Positions 49,615 to 62,400 of a stretch of DNA of 64,000 nucleotides are shown one piece after another. The position numbers were made by a program, and so were the translations under genes. The DNA is from Vitrella brassicaformis CCMP3155. Lineage: Eukaryota; Protista; Chromerida. The DNA lies in contig CDMY01000227.1 of the NCBI GenBank assembly GCA_001179505.1, positions 1-64,000 on the forward strand. The letters are read 5' to 3'. Positions within the stretch are counted from its first letter, which is position 1, and each line of letters starts with the position of its first letter. The notes beneath the pieces are model-generated. The model was not told the origin of the DNA and searched no databases. It saw only the letters and a program-made list of their open reading frames with translations.

Positions 49615-51137
49615 ATGGAGAGTGTGATGGACGAGGTGATGGGCGAGGAGGATGCCCTGCTCAAAGAGCTCGAGAACTCAAGTGTGGCCGAGGTCGAGCA
49701 GCGCTCCAGGCTCATCGTGAGGACAACCACCGCAGACGCACACACTCGACGAACGTCTTTGCTGCATGTTCGTGTGCGTGCGGCTTTCTGTGTGCAGGAC
49801 AATGAGGTCAAGGTGATGAAGAATGAGCAGGCGCGTCTGACGTCCAAGATCGAGGAGTGCAAGGAGCGCACCAAGGACAACAAGGAGAAGATCAAACTCA
49901 ACAGCCAGCTGCCGCACCTCGTCTCCAACGTGGTGGAGCTCATCGACATGGAGCCGGAGGACGACGAGGGCGACGGATCTACCGTCGATGTCGACGCACA
50001 GAGGAAGGGCAAGTGCATGGTCCTTAAGACCTCCACACGACAGGTCAGCAGAGGAGGCAGGAGGCAGACAAGACCTGGCTGCTGATGGCGCTCGTATGTG
50101 TGGTTCTTCATTCAGACGGTGTTTCTGCCTGTGATTGGTTTGGTGCCCCCTGAAGAGCTCAAGCCCGGCGACCTGGTGGGCGTCAACAAGGACTCATACC
50201 TGGTGCTCGAGAAACTGCCACCTGAGTAAGCAACAAGCATCCGCGACACGCACAAACAACATGGCAACGATGCTCTGTCATCGATGTGCTCTCTCGCCGT
50301 GTGCGTATGGTCAGGTATGATTCGCGCGTCAAGGCGATGGAGGTGGACGAGCGGCCGACAGAGCAGTACACCGACATCGGCGGGCTGGACAAGCAGATCC
50401 AGGAGCTCGTCGAGGCCATCGTCCTGCCCATCACACACAAGGAGCGGTTCGAGAACATCGGCATCAAGCCGCCCAAGGGCGTCCTCATCCACGGCCCCCC
50501 AGGCACCGGCAAGACCCTCCTGGCCCGTGCGTGTGCCGCCCAGACGCAGGCGACGTTCCTCAAGCTGGCGGGTCCACAGCTGGTGCAGATGTTCATCGGC
50601 GACGGTGCCAAGCTTGTGCGAGACGCCTTCCAGCTGGCAAAGGAGAAGTCGCCGACGATCGTCTTCATCGACGAGCTCGACGCCATCGGCATCAAGCGGC
50701 ACAGCGACGAGCTGTCGGGCGGCCGTGAGGTGCAGCGGACCATGCTCGAGCTCCTCAACCAGCTCGACGGCTTCTCGAGTGACGCCTCCATCAAGGTCAT
50801 CGCCGCCACCAACCGACCCGACATCCTCGACCCCGCCCTCCTCCGCAGTGGCCGCCTCGACCGCAAGATCGAGCTGCCGCACCCCAACGAGGAGGCGAGG
50901 GCGCGCATCATGCAGATCCACTCGCGAAAGATGAACGTCAACAAGGAGGACGTCAACTTCCAGGAGCTGGCCAGGTCCACCGACGACTTCAACGGCGCGC
51001 AGCTCAAGGCCGTGTGTGTCGAGGCCGGCATGGCGGCGCTGCGGCGGGGTGCCACCGAGCTTTGCCACGAGGATTACATGGAGGGCATCTCGACCGTGCA
51101 GGCAAAGAAGAAGGCGTCGCTCAACTACTTCGCCTAG
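49615..51137 (+). CDS. RPT5: 26S proteasome AAA-ATPase subunit RPT5 (PSMC3)
   Basis: [38 protein letters not shown], Walker A GPPGTGKT, Walker [26 protein letters not shown], and C-terminal KKASLNYFA*. Confidence 0.97.
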
Positions 51138-51818
51138 ACGGATGGATGGATGGATGGGGTGGGTTGGTGTGCGGTGTGAGTCGCCTGGCTGCCTGGCTGT
51201 GTGTTTGGGGGCTTCTCTTCTCTCTAGCCCTGGTTTTTCAAGTCAGGCTGTGGCTGTGGCTGTGGCTGTGGTAATGGTGATGGGTGCGTTGATGCGATGC
51301 ATACGTACGTGTGAGGAGGGAAAACGCTGCCTGCCTTTTGCCCATTCGGTGCGGTGCCAGCCATCTGAGACTGTCTGTAATTATCGCGACACTCACTTAC
51401 TTGTACGTGTCATTCAGTCAAGTGTCATGAGGTTTGCTGGCTGCGCCAGCTGCACACATCACGTCTTAATACGCAGATCAGAGGCGCCTTCGCTCTCACT
51501 CGACACTGGCATCGGTCAGTCAGGCTGCTGTTGCTGTTGTGTGCAGTGGTGACGAGCGGCTGAGGGGGAGAGCGAAATGGCCGCTCCGTGGACGGCTGGC
51601 TCCGTGAGTCGGGTCTCGATCGTCAGGGTTTAAACAGTTTCACGAACATTCAGATCGGCTCTCCCGAGCATTCCTTTGCAGAGTTCAAGGGAGTGCGCCA
51701 CGTGCATTGCAAGCGGAGGGCTTTTCGCGTTTTCGATTGGCGAAGCGACATTTGCTCTCTGCCTCGTCTCATTTGCGGGACGGCCATTTGCTGAGGCTGA
51801 TAGAGGCACAGGCACAGC

Positions 51819-53074
51819 ATGCCTATGCCCAACGTAGCTACGAGCGGCTGGCCACAGGGTGGCAGCACCACCAGCCACATGCAGGTAAGAGGGGAAAGAC
51901 ACTGCTGTCCAGACTGGACTGCGCAGTTCACACCACAAATGGCATGCATACCAATTACAGCCATGTCTGTCTGTCTTGATGGCTGTACTTGTCGCATATG
52001 GTGCAGGGGTACTGCCAGTACAACTACGGGTACGGCAATAGCTACGGATACGGCAATAGCTACGGGTACGGCAGTGTCGATCACACACCTTTCCATGGCT
52101 GCAGCATGCATTGCATTCCACAAGGTCACTGACGTTCTCGTCTGTGTGTGTGACGACCTCTTCAGGACCTACGAGGATACATGTACCTCGCCATGAGTCG
52201 CGCATCGACCACCGACACATACACCTACACACCCACAGGTGCGCACAAACATGATGCGATACGTACGATGGACTCACAGCTGTGTGTGCGTTCGTATTTG
52301 GATGTGCAGGCAGCTCCACACCGACCGATGCCCCCGCCACCCTCATGGGCATGACGAGGGAGGAACTTCTCGAGAAGTTATCAAAGGCCAAGGTACGCAG
52401 CACACACACACACACACACATCCTTGACCTCTTCTGGGTGTCTGTGTGTGTGTGGTGTGTAACATCAGTCGCTGGCAGACGTCTTCCCTGACACCGAGGA
52501 CGAGAAGCACCTCAAGCAGCCTCAGATCTGGCGCATCTACGCCTTGGTCAGTGACGTGAGCGGCAGCTGCGTGCTGGGCGAGGGCGTGCTGATGGAGGTG
52601 AATTCCAAGGGCAGGGGCGCGCGGAAGGGCACGGTGATGGGCGTGGTGCTGACGGGCCCGAGTGCAGGGGCGGTGGGGTGGTTCCCGACCTCCTATGGCG
52701 CCATGAAGCAGGTCAACCTATTTACCCCCGCCACTGAGAGGGAGAGGCAGGAGGGGACGGAGCTCTTCGCCAACTGGTGGGACGTCAATACCCTGGGCAA
52801 TCCTTACGGTGCGGTGGGCCTGGCCATGTGGGTGGGCCTGTCCCACATGCCCAGGTTCATGCAGCGGCAGTACGAGGGGCTGGCGTCCACTCTGACTGGC
52901 GGGCGGCTGGTGGTGGTGTGTCGGGGGTGCGATATAGTCGAGTGGTTCGTCGTGTCGGCGCCCCTTTTTGAGGGCGTGATAGCCGACAACCGTGCCAGGG
53001 TGCCGGGCTATGACAGGCAGATCAGTGAGGTCACCAAGTGGCACCTCACACACACGCAGTACGAGGAAGAATAA
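51819..53074 (+). CDS. Hypothetical protein with YG repeats, a His-rich region and an SH3-like segment
   Basis: Five phase-consistent exons. Contains YGYGNSYGYGNSYGYG, HRHIHLHTH and IYALVSDVSG...GAVGWFPTSY. Confidence 0.65.
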
Positions 53075-54046
53075 GATAGATAAGAGCAGGGCAGGAGGGC
53101 ACGGATACGGAAGGATGGCTCTCACTCACTGCTTACAGTGGTGCCCCCTTGGCTGCTTGGTTGGTCTGGCGGTGGTCTACACACACGCGTTTGTTAGCCT
53201 TGTCTGTTTGGCTGTTTGGCTGCTCTGTTTGCTGGCCTTGGATCGCTCTTTGTCGGTTTTTGCACCCCTACTAGGGTGCTGTGCTTCGTCCGTCGTGTGT
53301 TTTGTTTTCGCCTGCAGTGGGTTATAGCACCTAGGATGGTGTGGGGCTGGCTAGGTACCCTGCAGGCCACAGAACACAACACACACACCATTTACCATCT
53401 TTAGCCAGCTCAGCCGGGTGTACAAGAACACACGTAATTAATTGAGGGTATGGCGCCGAAAGATAGGCGCCTGTCCCCTCTCCACACGACGTACCAACAG
53501 ACTGATCTTGACTAGAAGACTGGCCGCTTCTTTCTCGTCCGTCGATTGCCGTTTGTTTGTTTTGGTCCTTTTATGTATGGTCTTCTCTGATGTGTTTACA
53601 GCTGGGAGTGCGGGGCGAAAGGAGGCGGCTCGGCTCGTCAATGATAGAAGAGCCCTTTTTCTAATCGTCGGCGGCTGGTGCGTGTGTGTGAGTGGCTGTG
53701 GTGGGTATGGTGGGTATGGCCGTGGCGACAAAAAGACGTGACGATCCATAAGTGTCATGACAGCATCCATGTGGTGGACCTGTGAATGTGTGTGTGTGTG
53801 TGTGTGTGTGTATCGGTCGAATGACTCCTACCACCAGCCAGCCATGCGGGTGATATAGGGGCTGCAATGCATTGAATCAATCAGCACACGACGCTGAGTC
53901 ACCAACGCAGCCAGACAGACAGACAGACACCCACCGCCCATCCACACACACAACACACAGAGAGATAGAGAGAGCGATAGAGAGACGAACAGCCAGAGAT
54001 AAAACCACTCACCCACTATGCCCCATTCACTATGCCCCAAACTGCA

Positions 54047-54346
54047 CTAGCTGGGCAAAGCAACGCGGTACTGCTTCTGCAGCAAGAAGTGCTTCTGCCA
54101 TGAGACCAGACACTTCGCCTCAAAGGCCTCCTTCTCCTTCTTGCACTGCTCAGCATCGCCACCGTGCTGGTCCAAACATGCGAAGTAGACGTCACGGGCC
54201 TCCCAGCACTCCTTCCTCGAGAAGGCCTGCCTCGCGTCAGCGGCCTGAGGCGTCTGTTTGCTTGTGCTCGTGGCCTCATCCGGTGCTGGGCTTGCTGCCG
54301 CCGCATCCGTGCTTGGGCTGGAAGAGCTCCTGCCCCATAAGGGCAT
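54047..54346 (-). CDS. COA6: COA6/COX6B-family twin-Cys mitochondrial protein
   Basis: RKECWEARDVYFACLD...CKKEKEAFEAKCLVSWQKHF. Confidence 0.8.
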   Translation of the reverse strand: MPLWGRSSSSPSTDAAAASPAPDEATSTSKQTPQAADARQAFSRKECWEARDVYFACLDQHGGDAEQCKKEKEAFEAKCLVSWQKHFLLQKQYRVALPS

Positions 54347-54566
54347 GCCGAAATGGGCTCCCGAAATGGGCTCGCGGAAAGGGGATCTGAGAGAGATCGA
54401 TCAAATCCACAGATCTTCTCGAGCGCTTCTTCAGGCGCTATTCTACATAATTTTCAGGCCTTCTCGCGCCTCATTCCCGCTCATCTGCGAGCTTAGCTTT
54501 GGCGAGCTATTTCAAGAGGAAGAGGAGGAAAGCGTTCTCCACACAGACAGACAAGGGAGGCGAAGG

Positions 54567-56068
54567 ATGGGAGAGCGCGTGCCTATCGACGGCAAGACCG
54601 TGTGTGTGACGGGCGCCAATGGATTCGTCGCCTCGGAACTCACAAGGCAGCTCCTCGAAAAGGGTCAGGCACGGAATACAATACGCAAAGCGCTGCATTC
54701 GCTCATCTATGTGTGTGCGTGCAGGTTGCACAGTGCGTGGGACAGTTCGCGGCGTGGACGACAAGGAGAAGATGGCGCACCTGATTCAGCTGCAGGAGAA
54801 GTTCCCGGGCAAGCTGCACCTCTTCGAGGGAGATGCACTCATCGCAGGCAAGCACAGCACAGCACAGTACGAGAGCCCGCCAGTGCAGTGCCTTTCCACG
54901 GGCCTGTGTGACTGATCCCTCGGTCCTACCAGGCACTTTCGACAAGGCCTTCGAGGGGTGCGAGGTCATCTTCCACGTGGCGTCGGTCATCAAGCCGCGG
55001 CCCGGGCAGCCTGACTTCATCGAGACGGTCTGCAAGGTGGCCGACGACACGTTTGCGAGCGTCGAGAAGCACAAGCAGACCATCAAGCGGATCATCGTGA
55101 CCTGCTCGTTCGCCTCCATCTCTGGGTTCGCGCCTGGCGAGAAGCCGGGCGGGGGGAGGAAGCTCTTCAATGAGGAGGACCGCAACAGCACATCCACACC
55201 TGACAACGCCGCTTTCATGTACGCCAGGGTAGGTGAGCTGACCACTGCACGCACGCGCACGACAGACAGACACGGACACAGACTATCCACGCGCATCGCA
55301 TTCAATGCACCCATGTGTGTGTGTCAGATGTTGGCGGAGGACAAGTCGTGGGACTATGCCAAGAAGCTCGGTGTGGAGATGGTCAGCCTTCATCTGACCA
55401 ACGTGTGGGGCCCGCCGCTGTCGCCGCTGGCCGGCGGGCTGTCGGTCAAGTTCATCAAGATGCTCATGGACCGCAGCGGCCGCGGCATGCCCTATGCCGT
55501 CATCCATGGCGACGTCAGGACCGTCGGTGAGGCGCACATCGCCGCTGCGGAGGTCAAGAAGGCGGCCGGCCAGCGATATATCATTAGCGACACTGACATC
55601 GGTGAGTGAGCAGAGGGAGGCGTCTGGTTGTGGTGTGTTGGGATGTGTTGTGTTATGTGTGGTTGGTTGGTGCAGTGCCGCCCAAGGTGGTGGTTGACAT
55701 AGTGCAGAAGGCCTTCCCCGAGTACGAGATCACACCCCCGCCGTGCGACATGGTCGAGACCGAGCCATTCCTCGACAACAGCAAGTAGACATCCCATCCC
55801 ATCCCGCCATGCTGTTCTCTCAGTCTATGTGTGCACCTTTGTGTGATGTGATTGATGTCTGTGTGTCTCCTGCAGGTTTCAGAGGGACCTTGGCGTGAAG
55901 CCCTACCCGCTGGAGAAGACCATCGTCGACATGGCCAAGCGGGTGGTGGAGCTCGGTGTGGTCGACCCCATCAAGAAGGGCGAGCCGCCCAACCCACCCG
56001 CACCAATGCCCTACCCCGGCAGACCTGCCAAGACCGCTCGAGACCTCCTGTGGCTGCCCGATGTGTGA
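54567..56068 (+). CDS. NAD(P)-dependent epimerase/dehydratase, DFR/CCR-like extended SDR
   Basis: VCVTGANGFVAS, VRGTVR, FEGCEVIFHVAS, IKRIIVTCSFAS, LAEDKSWDY, NVWGP and DVRTVGEAHI. Confidence 0.88.
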
Positions 56069-56814
56069 TCGACCGGGATGGCAGCCCTGCTGCACAACTG
56101 CTTTGTTTGCGCTTGGGGAGGGGGGCTTCGGCGGGGGGGTGGTTGCAGCTGAGGGGCAAGATTTTTCACCTGGGAGCGTACACGTGCGTGTCGCGTCTTT
56201 TTTATGTTGTGGGAAGGGGTCATCTTCTTCCTGTAAGGCTTACGTAATTACTTGTTTGGTTTGGTGTGTTCAGTCGCTGTGTCTTGTCGTCCGTCGGTGG
56301 GGCGGGGGATGGCCGTGTAGATGGCTGGATCGATCCGTGTGTGTGTGTCAGTGCCAGTGAGAGCATGCAGGGCGTCTCTACGCGACGGGCGTAGCTTACT
56401 TTATCCGTGTGTGTGTGTCCCGTGTATGTATCGACTAGCGGAGGGTTGCTTTCTTCGCCAGAGGGTGCGGCACCTTGGTAAGGAATGCTGCACCAAGTGG
56501 TAGAGTGAGGCGAGCGAGACAAGGGAGGGAGCGGACACTAGACAGACCTGTCGATGGATGGATGGATGGATGGGTGGAGACACGTCGTGGGTCAAGAGAT
56601 TGCTGGCCGCCTGCCGTGCAAACATCACGCATTCATTAATCTGCACGCCGATAAGGTCGTGGAATGAATGGTCATGGCTACCACACATAGAAGCACCTAG
56701 CCCGGCATTGATGACGCGCAAACACCCCCCTCCCCTTCCCCTTCCCCCGCCCCCCTCCAATTCCCCTCTACCAATCCATCCATCTACGTATCACTGCGCA
56801 GCGCACCCAGCCAG

Positions 56815-59030
56815 CTACTTGGCGACCAGGAAGTCGACCACCTTCATGGGCCGCACATCCGGGAACGCCTCCATGTCGGGCCGCAGCTTGCCCCTGCCGT
56901 CAAAGACGTTCTTGGCGAAGAGCAGGGGGATGACGCCGCTCGACTGCTCCTCCTCGGCCTCCGGCTGCTCCTCGTCACGCAGAGTGACGCTGGCAGCGGC
57001 CGCACCACCGGCAGCGGCAGCAGCACTGCTGGTGCTGGTGCCAATGCGACGGTCGATGTCGGCCTGCATTGCAACAGACAGAGGGGTGTGTGGGGCGGGG
57101 CTGGTGGGGCGGGTAGGGGATGGGATGGTGTGTCCTTCTCACTCACTGTAAGGTCTGCGATGGATCCTTTGGACTCGAGCGAGAGGTGCTGCTGTGTGCG
57201 CTGGAAGAACTCCCGCTGCAGCTGCTTGACCGTCACCACGTCACCCGCTACCATCACGTCTCCTGAACACACCACACAACGCCACGCCACAGATGCATGT
57301 GACACGTGTCTCATCGACCAGTCGCCCATCCATCCATCCATCCATCCATTGGACCTGTGAGTTCTGGGTTGCATACGACTTTGGCGATGTACACGGCGAT
57401 GTCGTCCTGTAAGTGAGAAGGCGGGCAAACATGTAAGCCTCATGTGCCTTCTGTCCTTGTGTGTATGTGTTTACCTGGCAGGTCATGTCGAGGGCCTGGT
57501 AGGGCGACCCGTAGTAACACAAACGCGAAGCTGATGCGTCCCACAACTGATGAACAACAAGGAGACAAGGGGCCGGGTGTGTAGACGTGTGTAGGTGATG
57601 TGTCATCCCGGAGTCATCGATATCCCGGCCGCCCACCGCCATATCGTCCGAGAAGAGGGCTTCCATGGGTATGCCGGTGTGCAGGTACAGCGCCGCCATG
57701 GACGTCTTGCCCAGCTCCTCCCGTACGCGCTTCATCTGACGCAGCGGAATCAGATCCTCTATCGTCGCCTCACTGAACGAAAGGAGAGAGGGAGAGAGGG
57801 AGAGAGGGAGAGAGGGAGAGAGGGAGGGAGGAGCGTGTCCCCTGTGTGTGTTTTCATGCCGGCCTGCCGACCAACCGGTAGTCTAGGAAGAAGTTGGAGG
57901 GGATGAAGCGCTTCACGCCTGAGGCGTCGGCCTCCCTCACCAAATTAACGGGACCCTGACACACACACACATACCCCGCCGCATAAACAAACAACAATGG
58001 AGCACATTCATGTCCCCTCCCTGGTATGTTTATTCACCGTGGTGCCGCCTCCCTCCTCGCCCTCGACCAAACACAGGACGGTGTGCACACCGGCACACAC
58101 ACCCCTCAGTGTGTGTGCATTCTCGATATCTCCGTCATACACCCTCACGCCCTTCTGCTCATACATGTCCACGATGTCGCGCAACTCGTCCCTCTCCGGC
58201 TTGTCAAACAATACGGACAGCTGCAGCTGCACACCCACCCCGCCACCACCACCACTACCACTACCACGGCCACCCTCCTCGCCCTGCTGCTGCTGCTGCT
58301 GGTGGTGATCGAGCAGGGCGCCCATCACTTTCTGGCCCAGCTCCGTCTCCGCCCCCACCACCAACACGCGCATCGGCCGGCTGGCCTTGTTGTTGTATGC
58401 CTGCTGGGCCTCCCCCGCGCCCCCCTGCACCTGCATCTGCATCTTTGCCGGTGTGTAGGAGCGTGTGATGGTACGGAGGTCGGCCACCGTATGCGGGACG
58501 TAGCTGCGGTGCTGCACCATCAGCGGAGGGGCCATGACCGCCACAGGGCCAGGCTTTGGGAGGGCAGCGTAGCTCATCATGTGCACGGGGCGGGACCGGT
58601 CACCACTGGTGAGGGGTGGTAATGCCGGGGCCGCGTATGTGGATGATGCGAGTGTGGTGGTCCGCCGCAGCGACGGCGTGGCAACGCCCGTGGGAGGAGG
58701 GCGAAAACTCACCGGTACCGGACGAAACCCACCTGAGAAGCCACACAGACACAGAACAAAACATCATGATGGAGAAACATCCGGCGAATGACAACACAGA
58801 GCCGTCGTGTACCGGGCGTCGGGAGCGGCGGTGAGGCCATCACCGAGGGCTTCATGGCAACAGGCCCATGGAGAGGCTGCCGGAACGTGGCATATGGCGC
58901 ATAGGGCGGCGCATGGGAAGCGAGCGGTCCGGCAGTCCCTGGAGGAGGCCGCAGGTAGGTGTAGGTCTGCGATAGGGCATGGCGGGCATGGTACTCGCCG
59001 CCGGTGGGTGGCGGACGAGGCCTGCTAGCC
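56815..59030 (-). CDS. NmrA/isoflavone-reductase-like Rossmann protein with Pro-rich N-terminal extension; 5' end uncertain
   Basis: RVLVVGAETELG, GVRVYDGDIENAHTLRGVCAGVHTVL, EADASGVKRFIPSNF, DDIAVYIAKV, AGDVVTVKQL and FPDVRPMKVVDFL*. Confidence 0.8.
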
Positions 59031-59455
59031 AGAGGGTAAGGCTGGATGGAAGGAAATGGCAGCATCTGGCGTCTTGATGGGTGTCGGGGAAGTTTACTTT
59101 ACGCGTTGGCCCCCTTTTGTGCCCCCTTTTTAACGAGGATGGGTTGACGGTGGATCTTGCACGAGGACGCTTCCTTCGCTCTTGACGGGCGTCGGTTCGC
59201 CATGGAGAGTGTGATGGCGGGGAGGCTGGGCCTGACCATCCGGGGCGTGCAGGACACAGCGCCATCCACAGATGAACCCATCGCAGTCATCAAAACAGCG
59301 TTTGAAGTGTAAGCCCATCCATCCATCCACCACATCCACCACTTACCCGCCCATCTGTGGCGCGTTTTCTCGTGTGTTGGTGTGCGTGCCGGCTTCAGGG
59401 GAGCTGGGGGGTATAGCTCAAGCAACCTGCTCGGCCAGGTCAGCCTGCAAGCATC

Positions 59456-62400
59456 ATGATGATCCCGCTGGCTGCCATGCGTGCCATTTCTTTGATTGAT
59501 CTGTGTGTGGTGATGGTTTGGTTCCAGAGTCTGTCTTTCCCTGTCGAGGATCCCAGATGCCTCGGCCACGTAGAGTTCTGTGTAAGCGCAAACAGGACCC
59601 AGAAGCAACCCCTTGCCGACCAGACAGACCATCTTCCTTCCCTTCCCTCCTGTTGTGTTGTGTGTCAGGTTCTTCGCGAGCCCCACTGCCCGCCCTCGTC
59701 GAGCGCCTCCTCCCCGCCGGTCTCGTCCGAGTTGCGCGTGTCCTACTTCGCCCGCATACCCATCGATACATCCACCGGCCAGGAGACCGCACAGCTGATC
59801 CGGGCGTACGATCCATCAGGGGCCTACGCGCCCATTGACCTGCACATCCTCACCCAGTGGACGCCTGCAGACGACCAGCAGCACCCCCAGCAGGGGCACC
59901 ATGATGGTGGTCTGGTGCTGAACGGGGACGGGGATGGAGTGGTGGATGGCGCCTTGCAGGAGCAGCAGCAGGAGGAGGAGGGAGCGGGAGGTGCGTGTGG
60001 GTTGGATGGGCCGTCGCTGCACGAGGAGCTGCATCAGAGTGGAGTGGAGGAGACCATGGGTGCGAGTGTGGGTGTGGCCGGGCAGGAGGAGGTCGCAGCA
60101 GCGGCTTCTCGAGTAGATGTAGATGAGGTGGACGAGGGAGGACTTGCAGCCGCGTCCCGCCGGCTGCCACAGCCCGGATTCATCTCTGGCGTCGCGCTGC
60201 GCCACTCTCCCTCGGCTGCAGCTGACGACACAGTCGAAGCATCAGAGGTCCACACCAACCCAGCCCCCTCACCACCCGACGCTTCACACGACGCCGACCC
60301 ACTCAGCACAGAGCAGGCAACGGAGAAAGAGGATGAGGAGCGGGTCGTGACCAAGGGGCGTGGCGAGAGGACGGAGGGGAGGGGCGGGATGATGATCAGT
60401 AGCAGAAGTCGGCCGATTGCCAAGAGAGGGGGACCGGTCAGGGGTGCCCTCAGAGGCCAGCTTCCGCGCAAGAAAGAAGGCGGTGAAGACGCTGAAGGCG
60501 ACGCCCCCTCTCGGCCCGGGACGACCGTCAGGCCACCATCTCGCCAAACAGTCGGCCCTGAGAAGGAGAGAGAGAAGGAGAGGGAGAGGGGCAAGCCGTC
60601 CTCTCCCCACGCACTACCCAAGCGGCCTCTGACCATCCAGACCAGCTCACCAGGTCGTGGCGGGCGGCTGTCGTCGCGGTCGACGGGGCCGAAGACGTCG
60701 CCCAAGACACCAACGGAGATAGCAGCGGGGAAGGGCGGGCTGGGGCTGGCGCTGGGGCTGGGTGGTACAGACACGGGGTGGGTGGACCGACGGGTGCCGC
60801 CCACACGGGGGGCGCAGGCCAAAAAGGCTGAAGACCGACATGCATCAGGTGAGTACATGAGGTGCCTTCACTTACTCATACGCATCTTTCCCTGTGTGTG
60901 TGTGTGTGTGCGTTTTGCAGCAATGTTGAATGGCGTGAGCCAGGCCATCCCCCACCAACACACCAGCACCATCCCCCGCCCCCTCGGCGACACGGCGACC
61001 CCGCTGTCCCCCGACCCGATGTGTGAGGAGTACCGCGTGCCACCCGAGCTGGCCAAGGCCATCGAGGGCCCCCTCGACCGCTATCAGTACGGTGAGGCCG
61101 AGGTCTACCTGGCCGCTGATGTGGACGCCCGCGTGGAGGCATACACCAAGCTCGTCGCCTCCAAAAGCGACCGGTGAGAGGGGGAAGGGAAGGGGAGCGG
61201 GGGAAGGAAAGGACATTGACTAGCCGAATGCGACTATTTTCTGTTGTTGTGTTGGTCTGTCTGTCTGTCCTTTCAGTGAGGCCAGCTTGCTACGCATCAT
61301 CGAGAAGCTCCGCAACCGCAAGCGAGAGCTCAAGGCCCGGGCGGAGGAGAGCGAGGAGAAATGCCGCACTCTGCAGCGAAGCATCAACATCAAAGAGAGA
61401 GAGGTAACCAAACCACCACACACACACCACACACACACACCAACACACACCAACACACACCACGGTACACAATCTTTCTGCCTCTTTGGTTCAGAATCAG
61501 GAGTTTGTCGACAGTGTGGACGGTCTGGTGGCCGACTACGACACGGACAAGGTGACCTCCCACGCCCGCATCGTCGACCTCGAGCGGACGGTGGAGAGGA
61601 TTGCCCGCACCAAGGAGGCGGCCGAGGCGGACGTGAAGCGGTCCATACAGGCCTACAAGGAGGCACAGGAGAAATACGAACAGGCTGACCAAAAGGTATA
61701 CAGTACAAGCCTCGAGAGTAGAGACACAGAGAGGGAGGACCATGCTGTGTGTGTCTGTCTGTTGGTGCCAGTTCCGTCACGCTGAGACGGCCCGGCTGCA
61801 TGCCGAGACGCGCGCGCAGTACTTCATGGACCAGGTCGTCCTCATGGTAAGAGCACCCCTCCCACCACTCCACCTCACCCGGATCCTCATTCACTTGTTC
61901 TTTATCGTCATATCCTTTGGATTGCAGGCGAAGAAGAGCCAGGGTGAGCAGGAGGAGATAGCTCTCAAGGAGTGGACCAAGGTGAGGGAGGGCATACATC
62001 CATCGGGCAACGTGCCCGGCCGACTGGCTCTCGTGTATCCTTCCTTGGTGTGGGTGGGTCTTGTGTGTGGGTGCAGGTGCGATCAGATTGGGAGAAGACG
62101 GTGTTCGACCTGCGCAAGACCAACCACGAGCTGGCGGTCCAGCACTACGAAGACCTGCAGGCCAAAGGTACACACACACACACACAAACACATACCATAA
62201 TCCACACACTCCCAAGCAATGAAAGCGCTGTCTCTTTGGTTATCTGTCTGTCTGTCTGTCTGCAGCCGCCCTCCAGACGGACGTGACTGAGCTGCGCAAG
62301 GAGCTCTTCTCCCTACAGTCAGAGCTCGAGCAGCACAAAGCCCTCCTGGCCAGGCGGCTGACCACCCCCCAGCCACCACCCACCCCACTCCTGCCTGCCC

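Noticed and set aside
38286-51137. Apparent ubiquitin-proteasome cluster (F-box-like, CSN6, RPT5)
   Set aside because: Such genes are common, unrelated genes are interspersed, and chance proximity is sufficient.
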